Shown here: positions 57,187-64,000 of the stretch, one piece after another
How the letters are laid out: every line of letters begins with the position of its first letter
Position numbering within the stretch: position 1 is the first letter of the stretch
NCBI GenBank assembly: GCA_963740355.1
Contig: CAVUDW010000002.1
Location: 2,336,001-2,400,000 of the forward strand
Direction of reading: 5' to 3'
Length of the DNA stretch: 64,000 bases
Source: an uncultured Gemmatimonadaceae bacterium
GTDB lineage: Bacteria > Gemmatimonadota > Gemmatimonadetes > Gemmatimonadales > Gemmatimonadaceae
Program-made: the position numbers and the translations under genes
The notes under the pieces: model-generated
What the model saw: the letters and a program-made list of their open reading frames with translations, nothing else
What the model was told of the DNA's origin: nothing
Databases searched by the model: none

Positions 57187-58132
57187 CGGGTGTCGTAATG
57201 GAGGAGCGGCGACGCAGTGAAGAGCCGGGGAGAAATGCGAGCCCCGGAAGTATTTCGAGCACGGTCAGCCAGATACGTGATGCCGCTGCCAGCAGTGCGG
57301 CATCAGCGGGAGTCGCCAGATGCAATGAAATCAGGAGGCTCGTCAGTGCGGTTTCACGCACCCCAAGACCACCAGGAACCACCAGCGCGAGAAAACCCAG
57401 CAGATACGACGACGTGTAAACTGCCAGCGCCGCCAGTGAGATGCCACCGCCGTGCCCGAGGAGTGCGTTCCAGAAGATCCCGAATCCGATCCCATAGGCG
57501 ACCCAGGCCGCGACATTGGCGCCAAAGACAAGCAGCAGCGTCGCCCGTGTGATCACCGGCATATCAGGCATCGGCTGGCGGAACAGGCGAGTGCCCTGCC
57601 GGACTGCCCAGACCAGCAGCACCGGTCCGTACGCCAACCCGATCACTGTTGCCGCGACCGTGACCCACGCCCCCACCCGCAGTAATGGATACGCCGCGAG
57701 CAGCTCCCCTGCCCCGGCCAACGCCACCACCGCGAATCCAGCCGCCAGGTTCACGAGCTGCATGATGATCGCTGAGCCAGTCGCCGCGATCGGTGACGCG
57801 CCGGCCTCCTTCGCCAGCACGGCCATCGCCCCGATCGACCAGAACTTCCCGGGCACATACTTGCCCAGGCTGGACACGAACCAGATCCGCGACGCATCGC
57901 CAACGCCGAGGGGGCTCCGCCAGGTCCGCAGCAGCAGTCGCCATGACGCGATCAGGACCGCGTATCCAGCAGCGATGCAGCCGCTCGCCAGGACCAACCC
58001 CGCCCACGACGGCTGCAGCGCGGCTGCACTGGCTCGAATTGCGTCCCATTGGCGCGATACGAATCGGACGACGAGAACCGCGATCGCAAGCGCAACGGTG
58101 ACACGCAGCGCTGTGCGAACCTCAGCGCGCAC
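57170..58132 (-). CDS. Lysylphosphatidylglycerol-synthase TM domain / flippase-like membrane protein
   Basis: W..LL, SSLGKYVPG, PGGLGVRE, SR.W. Confidence 0.8.
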   Translation of the reverse strand: MRAEVRTALRVTVALAIAVLVVRFVSRQWDAIRASAAALQPSWAGLVLASGCIAAGYAVLIASWRLLLRTWRSPLGVGDASRIWFVSSLGKYVPGKFWSIGAMAVLAKEAGASPIAATGSAIIMQLVNLAAGFAVVALAGAGELLAAYPLLRVGAWVTVAATVIGLAYGPVLLVWAVRQGTRLFRQPMPDMPVITRATLLLVFGANVAAWVAYGIGFGIFWNALLGHGGGISLAALAVYTSSYLLGFLALVVPGGLGVRETALTSLLISLHLATPADAALLAAASRIWLTVLEILPGLAFLPGSSLRRRSSITTPDGPAA

Positions 58133-59303
58133 GCACGATGCCTCGGCGTGCCGCCTCGTAGACACTGCGATACCGTTCCGCGACGGCGGCTGGCGCGACG
58201 AGCTCCATCATGCTGGCCCGACCCGTTGCCCCCATCGTCGCTCGACGTCCGGCGTCTGAGACAATACGGTTGATCGCCTGGCTCCATGCGCTCGGATCGT
58301 CGAGCGCGTCGAGCAGCGCACCGGTCACACCATCCTGCACGATGTCCGGCAGGCCACCAGAATTCGCGGCCACGACCGGCGTCTCGCAGAGCAGCGATTC
58401 CGCCGCGACGAGACCGAACCCTTCGTCTCGAGACGGCACCAGTGTGCACGACGCCTGCGCGTAGAATGCGGGCATGTTGTCGCGCGATTGGTGCCCATGC
58501 CACGCGATGCGATGGGCAATGCCGAGTTGTGCGGCAAGGGCGTGCAATGCGCTGGCATCGGGGCCGTCGCCAACGACGTCGAGGTGTATCTCGTCGGGGA
58601 GATCGGCGAGGGCGCGAAGCAGGACGATTGGATTCTTCTGCGCATTCAAGCGACCGACGAACAGCAGGCGCGGCGGAGTTGCGCGGATGGCCGCATTGGC
58701 GGCGAATCGCTGCACGTCAGCAGGCATCGGGGCCACCGTCACCGGCGCGGCCGTCAACGGCCGGAGGCGATCGGCAAGCCAGCGACTGACGGTGGTCACT
58801 GCCACTGCGCGACCAAGTGCGAACGATGCCAGCGACGCCGTCATGCCGGTGGCCATGCGTGCATCACTCCCATGCGACGTCACGACCAGCGGCACCCTCG
58901 AACGCGCCGAGATGCTCCCGATGGCGAGCGCCGACGGAAACCACCAGTGGGCGTGCACGATGTCGATGTCACCACTCGCCAGTCGATGGCGTGTGGCACG
59001 GCGCAGTGATCCCATCAGGCGCAGCAGTGCGCGCTTGCCGCGCGTCGATCCCTTGACCTGCTCGGCCATCGTGCCTGTGTAGGCGAGGGTTTCGTCTGCC
59101 TCGTCGCCGTAGCGAACTCGATGCACGTGGATGCCGTCCACGATGTCACGTTCCGGCAGTCCACTGGCGTGCGGTGCGATCACTTCGACCGTGATGTCGA
59201 CGGTGGCCAGCGCCTGCGCCAGGTCGAGCAGGAAGCCACCTGCCGCGTCGCCACTGGAGCGCGGAAAGTTGTGCGTGACGAACAGGACGCGACGAACGGT
59301 CAC
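58122..59303 (-). CDS. Glycosyltransferase family 4
   Basis: HAHWWFP, TSHGSD, FVGRL...K, EGFGLVAAES..C.TPVV...GG..DIV. Confidence 0.9.
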   Translation of the reverse strand: MTVRRVLFVTHNFPRSSGDAAGGFLLDLAQALATVDITVEVIAPHASGLPERDIVDGIHVHRVRYGDEADETLAYTGTMAEQVKGSTRGKRALLRLMGSLRRATRHRLASGDIDIVHAHWWFPSALAIGSISARSRVPLVVTSHGSDARMATGMTASLASFALGRAVAVTTVSRWLADRLRPLTAAPVTVAPMPADVQRFAANAAIRATPPRLLFVGRLNAQKNPIVLLRALADLPDEIHLDVVGDGPDASALHALAAQLGIAHRIAWHGHQSRDNMPAFYAQASCTLVPSRDEGFGLVAAESLLCETPVVAANSGGLPDIVQDGVTGALLDALDDPSAWSQAINRIVSDAGRRATMGATGRASMMELVAPAAVAERYRSVYEAARRGIVRAR

Positions 59304-60373
59304 GAGGCGTCGGTGAGGCGCCTCGCGTCCAGCTCGCGGCGAATCTCGCGCAGTTCGGCGCGCTGCACGGCGATCATCTCACCGAGAAATCCGCCGACGA
59401 AGAGGACAGAACCGACGATGATGCAGGTCTCGATCAGGTTCAGCATCGGGCGGAAGCCGACACCGGCGAAGATCCGGATGCCGAGCGCAATGATGCCGGT
59501 GAGTACACCGATGAAGAACAAGCCGGCGCCGAGCAGGCCGAAGAACAACAGCGGCTTGCGGCCAAAGCGCAGCTCGAACCAAACGGAAAGCATGTCGATC
59601 ACGCCGACCGGGATCCGTCCGATACCGAACTTCGACTTGCCGGCGTTGCGCGGGTAGAGCGGCACCGGAATCTCGGTGACGCTGAATCCCTCGAAGTGTG
59701 CGATCACGATCATGTAGCGATGCCAGTCGGGGCGCACCGGCAGGGCATTCATGATCTCGCGACGGTACGCCTTCACACTATTGAGGTCCTTCACCGGCAC
59801 ATCGAACAACGAGCGGCTGAGCCAGTTGTAGATGCCGCTGACGAACGCCTTCTCGTACTTCCCTTCCTTGAATCCGGTGACCATGTCGGCCTGGTTCGCC
59901 AGGATCGGCGCCACCAGGCGCGGGATGTCCTCTGGCTTGAACTGGAGGTCGGCGGGATAGAAGACGAGGATGTCGCCGCGCGAATTGAGCCAGCCTGTGC
60001 GCAGCCCATCGGCGATGCCGCGCTGCGTCCGGTGGCGCACCGCGCGCAGGAATGGGTACTGCTCCTGCAGTCGCTGCAGCACAGCCCAGGAGTCGTCCTT
60101 CGAGCCGTCGTCCACCACGATCACTTCGTAGCGCGTCGTCGAGCCCTTGAACGCGGCGGCCGCCTGCTCCATGAAGAGCGGCAGGTTTTCCGCCTCGTCC
60201 TTCGCGGGCACGAGTACACTGACATCCACACCGGTGTCGGGATGCGAACGCTGCGAAGTGGACATGGCGCGTGCGGTGGTGGTCATGCTGCCCTGAACGC
60301 TACCGGCGAGCGTAGACTCAGCGATGCCGGTGGTGCTTCCAGTGGTGCTTTCGGTGGTGGCCTGGCTGCTCAT
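59300..60373 (-). CDS. Glycosyltransferase family 2 (ArnC/GtrB-like, two C-terminal TM helices)
   Basis: VPAKDEAENL, VVDDGSKD, ADLQ..PEDIP, DLNSVKAYR, R.AG.SK, C-terminal TM helices. Confidence 0.88.
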   Translation of the reverse strand: MSSQATTESTTGSTTGIAESTLAGSVQGSMTTTARAMSTSQRSHPDTGVDVSVLVPAKDEAENLPLFMEQAAAAFKGSTTRYEVIVVDDGSKDDSWAVLQRLQEQYPFLRAVRHRTQRGIADGLRTGWLNSRGDILVFYPADLQFKPEDIPRLVAPILANQADMVTGFKEGKYEKAFVSGIYNWLSRSLFDVPVKDLNSVKAYRREIMNALPVRPDWHRYMIVIAHFEGFSVTEIPVPLYPRNAGKSKFGIGRIPVGVIDMLSVWFELRFGRKPLLFFGLLGAGLFFIGVLTGIIALGIRIFAGVGFRPMLNLIETCIIVGSVLFVGGFLGEMIAVQRAELREIRRELDARRLTDAS

Positions 60374-61848
60374 ACGCGCTTCCGCATGCGCGCCGAGAGC
60401 ACGCCGAGTTGGTCACGGTACTTGGCAACGGTGCGACGTGCGATCACGACGCCTCCCTGCTTCAGGATATCGACGATCGCCTGGTCGGTGAGCGGATCCT
60501 TTGCGTCCTCGGCATCGACAAGCTTCTTGATCTGGTCCTTGATGCCACGCGCCGACACATCGTCACCGTCGGTGGTGGACAGGCCGGACGAGAAGAAGAA
60601 CTTGAGCGGAAGCACCCCACGCGGTGTCTGGACGAATTTCTCGTTCGTCACACGACTCACCGTGGATTCGTGCATGCCGATCACTTCCGCCACTTCGCGC
60701 AGCGTGAGCGGCTTGAGGAACTGCACACCCTTCTCGAAGAAGTCGCGCTGGCGCTCGACGATATAGTTCATGACCTTCAGCATGGTCGCCCGACGCTGCT
60801 CGATGGCCTGAATCATCCAGTGCGCAGAGTTCATCTTGTTGGCGATGAAATCCTTGCTTTCGGTATCGTACTTTTTCTTGTCGCGCGCGATGTCCTGATA
60901 GGTGCGGCTGAGCTTGAGCCGCGGCAGGTTGCCGTCGTTCAGGTACACGACATATCGACCATCGACCTTGTCGACGACGAGGTCGGGGATGATGTAGTGT
61001 TCGTTGTCAGGCGCGAACTTGAGGCCGGGCTTCGGGTCGAGCTTCGCGATCTGGTCGGCGACCGCCTGCACTTCCGAGACCGAGATGCCGAAGCGCTTGG
61101 CCATCTCGCTCCAGCGATGGCCAATCAGCTCCTCGAAGCCGTCGCGCACCAGCGCATACGCCACGCTGTCGTCGAGCCCCTGCTGCGACAGCTGCAGCAA
61201 CAGGCACTCGCGCAGGTTGCGCGCGCCAACGCCCGGCGGGTCGAGCTGCTGGATGATCGGCAGCAACGCCTCGACTTCCTCCATCGTGTACATCGGCAGT
61301 TCACTGATGTCGATCCCGGCCGACTCGGCCACGCGCAAGACTTCCGTGTTGACGCCAGTGAGGATCTCGGACAGGTCACAACCGAGATAGCCGTCCTCGT
61401 TGATGTTGCCCACGAACTCGTCGGCGAGATATGCCTGACGCGTCGTGAGCTCGAGCATCTGGACCTGATCGCGCAGGTGATCCATCAGGTCGCGCGACAT
61501 CACCGTCACCGGCTCGATGTACTCGCGCTCCTCGTACTCCTCCTTGCGGCCGCCAGTCTCGAAGCCGTCCTCGAGGATCTTCTGCCAATCCATCTCGTCG
61601 GTGTTGTCCGCCTTTTGTTCTTCAGGCGTCGCAACCTCGAGGGCCTCGATCCCGTCCTCGCTCTCGTTGTCCTCGTCCTCGGGCACCAGCTCGAGGAACG
61701 GATTGATGAGCAGCTCCTGCTGGAGGTGCTGCTGGAGGTCGAGCAGCGGCATGTAGAGGAGATCCATCGCCTGGTACAGGCGAGGATTGACCTTCATCTC
61801 CTGCCGCATGGACGTGCTCTGATTGAGCCCCGTCTTGAAGCCGCTCAT
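60370..61848 (-). CDS. rpoN: RNA polymerase sigma-54 factor
   Basis: NPFLE, DPPGVGARNLRECL, DPKPG, PL.LREVA..IGMHESTVSR, RpoN box ARRTVAKYR. Confidence 0.98.
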   Translation of the reverse strand: MSGFKTGLNQSTSMRQEMKVNPRLYQAMDLLYMPLLDLQQHLQQELLINPFLELVPEDEDNESEDGIEALEVATPEEQKADNTDEMDWQKILEDGFETGGRKEEYEEREYIEPVTVMSRDLMDHLRDQVQMLELTTRQAYLADEFVGNINEDGYLGCDLSEILTGVNTEVLRVAESAGIDISELPMYTMEEVEALLPIIQQLDPPGVGARNLRECLLLQLSQQGLDDSVAYALVRDGFEELIGHRWSEMAKRFGISVSEVQAVADQIAKLDPKPGLKFAPDNEHYIIPDLVVDKVDGRYVVYLNDGNLPRLKLSRTYQDIARDKKKYDTESKDFIANKMNSAHWMIQAIEQRRATMLKVMNYIVERQRDFFEKGVQFLKPLTLREVAEVIGMHESTVSRVTNEKFVQTPRGVLPLKFFFSSGLSTTDGDDVSARGIKDQIKKLVDAEDAKDPLTDQAIVDILKQGGVVIARRTVAKYRDQLGVLSARMRKRV

Positions 61849-61879
61849 CGGCGGCCTCCCGCGCTGGTGTCGCGGTGCA

Positions 61880-63137
61880 TCACGCCACGCCCTTCGTCTC
61901 GTCGCGCGAGAATCGATCGCGCAGACGGGCGGCGAGGGTCGGTCCGAGGTACAACTCGGCCACTGTGTCGTCGAAGACCAGTTCGCGGACGGTGCCGGAC
62001 ACCTTCACCTGGCCGTCGAACATGATGTAGGCCCGGTCGACGATATCCAGCGTCTGCTCCACGTTATGGTCCGAGATGAGGACGCCTATCCCGCGGTGAC
62101 GCAACCCAGCCACGATCTGCTGGATGTCGTGCACGGCGATCGGGTCCACGCCGGCGAACGGCTCGTCGAGCATCATGAACTTCGGCTCGGTGACGAGCGC
62201 ACGCGTGATCTCCAGCCGGCGACGTTCACCGCCAGAGAGCGCGTATGCCTTGCTCTTGCGCAGGTGCTTGATGCTGAGCTCGTCGAGCAGCTTTTCCAGA
62301 CGCTTGCGCCTTCTCGGCCGCCGGCAGCTTGAGCGTCTCGAGGATGGCCAGGATGTTCTCTTCCACGGTCAGCTTGCGGAAGATCGACGGCTCCTGCGAG
62401 AGGTAGCCGATGCCGTTGCGCGCGCGCTTGAACATCGGCATCGCGGTGATGTCCTTGCCGTCGAGGATGATCTTGCCGCTCTGCGGTTGGATCAGTCCGA
62501 CGATCATGTAGAACGTGGTCGTCTTGCCGGCGCCATTGGGACCGAGCAATCCGACGATTTCACCTTGCCGAAGGTGGAGCGCGACGTCGTTGACGACGCT
62601 GCGCTTCTTGTACGTCTTGACGAGCCCCTTCGCCTCGAGCTGCGAGGTGAGCTTGGCCTGCGTGGTTGGCGTGAAGGCGGGTGCGCGGCCGGTCTGGATG
62701 CCGACGTTCTGGGTGGTGCGTCGCCGCACCTCGGCGGTGACCGTCTCGCGATTTTCCTTCACCACGCCCCAGACGGTGCTGAGCACCTGCACCTTCGCGC
62801 CGGGCTGGTCCACGCCGCCGGCGGGCAACGTGATCACACCTTCGGCCACGAGGCGCGGCAGCAGCGCGTCGCGGAGGTGCGCACGCACCTGATCGAGACT
62901 GAGCGTGCCTGCGGCGCGCTCGGCGTCGCGACCGGCTGCCTTTTCGACCAGCAGGTAGTCTTCGCGATAGACGCGTGCCACGTCGTCGAAACGCGCCATG
63001 CCGTCCTCGACATTCGCAGTCGCGAACAACGCGTGCAACGCCATCACCGGTCCTCGGTCATGCGGTGCAAAATGCTCGACGAGCGCGCGAATGCGTGCCG
63101 GGAGTTCGTCGTCAGACGGCGTCGGCTGATCGATCAC
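61880..63137 (-). CDS. lptB: LPS export ABC transporter ATPase with about 165-aa N-terminal extension; one apparent frameshift near 62310
   Basis: [34 protein letters not shown] in one frame; [37 protein letters not shown] in the next; upstream of rpoN. Confidence 0.9.
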
Positions 63138-64000
63138 GGGCGGCCTGGTGCAGTGCGTGAAGGAACCGCGACAGCGGGCTTCGCTGGCGGTCGGGTCGTG
63201 GCGGGCGTCGGCGATGCCGGTGTGACAGGCTTCGTCGTCGCTGGTGCAGGTGTCACAGCTGGTGCCACGAGACTCGCTGGTGTCGTTGCGCCGCCGGGTG
63301 GGACCTTGGTCGTATCGCCTGGCACGGTGAGGGAGTCGCGCACCGGCTCGAGATAGAGGCCGACCGCATGTTCGTCGATCTGGACGCGCGACACGCCGGT
63401 CGAATCCATGACGACGGTGATGCGATCACCACGCGAATAGTTGATGGCCGGTCGATCTGGCGTTCCGCCTTGGGCGGGGACCTGGTATCGCGCGCTGGCG
63501 TGGCCATTGGCCTGCAACTCGCGAAGCTGCGGCTTGGTTGCTGCGCTGTCAGCAGCGCTGGTCGCTGAATCGCGCACCGCAACGACCGGCGCTGTCACCG
63601 TATCCGCCGCTGGCTTCGGGGTCGGCGTGCGCCCGCGGCGCGTAGGCGTTGGGGTTGCAGCTGGACTTGGCGTCGCCGTCGTGCGCGCAGGTGCCGCAGT
63701 CACCCGGCGTGCGCGTGCTGTCGAGTCGAAGAAGGCGAAGATGGTGTCACCCTTCAGCCAGTCCTTTTCACCCGTACGAATCGTGGCGGTATCGGGAATC
63801 GTGGTGGCCACCGCGTCGTGGAAGGCGCGTACTTCGCGCAACTGCTGGTTCGGCATGCGCACGGCAAGCGAGTCCGCGATCAGGTCCCGATCTGGCGACA
63901 CCGCACGCGCGCGCGACTTGCCCCAGATGTAGGCCGCCTGCGCCTTGTTGTTGTCGACACGCAGGTCGATCGTGTCGGCGGTGAGCAACAGGTCGTCACT
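63134..64000 (-). CDS. LptA/OstA-like periplasmic protein, C-terminal part (5' truncated by the window)
   Basis: Repeated ADTI / ADSL / GDTI / GDRI beta-jellyroll-like motifs, G.YLEP end, Pro/Ala/Thr tail; directly upstream of lptB. Confidence 0.7.
   Translation of the reverse strand, partial: SDDLLLTADTIDLRVDNNKAQAAYIWGKSRARAVSPDRDLIADSLAVRMPNQQLREVRAFHDAVATTIPDTATIRTGEKDWLKGDTIFAFFDSTARARRVTAAPARTTATPSPAATPTPTRRGRTPTPKPAADTVTAPVVAVRDSATSAADSAATKPQLRELQANGHASARYQVPAQGGTPDRPAINYSRGDRITVVMDSTGVSRVQIDEHAVGLYLEPVRDSLTVPGDTTKVPPGGATTPASLVAPAVTPAPATTKPVTPASPTPATTRPPAKPAVAVPSRTAPGRP

Noticed and set aside
55198..57198. 666-aa + strand ORF (and the 538-aa ORF at 60409-62025)
   Set aside because: Antisense shadows of the YfhO-like gene and rpoN

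Overview
High-GC bacterial chromosome segment; the gene content and order suggest Gemmatimonadota, which is an inference. 1-20.7 kb is a + strand housekeeping run: lpxB, DUF374, lpxK, gdhA, rlmH, bshC, a frameshifted murJ, uvrC, thrC, TPR protein, DUF512, der, plsY, gpsA, MerR, GT2, surE, pcm, acyP and apt. It ends at a tRNA-Arg(CCT). A 15,941-bp element is integrated in this tRNA, bounded by a perfect 52-bp direct repeat (20850-20901 / 36791-36842). Its genes are all on the - strand and mostly translationally coupled: tyrosine integrase, small ORFs, AlpA-like regulator, D5/SF3 helicase, an iteron-type origin, a coiled-coil protein, two podovirus-type DNA-ejection-like proteins (584 and 2075 aa, about half the element), two terminase-small-subunit-like genes and a small beta protein. 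I see no capsid, portal, large terminase, tail or lysis genes. It looks like a PICI-like phage satellite carrying its own ejection machinery and is the main candidate for an undescribed system. The right part holds metabolic genes, a serA / FAD-dehydrogenase / serB-like / aminotransferase operon, a clear dif site (52975-53002) with DnaA boxes beside it, dapF, a GT-C-type glycosylation cluster, rpoN, an N-terminally extended and frameshifted lptB, and a partial lptA/OstA-like gene. All assignments come from motif recognition by eye; no searches were run.
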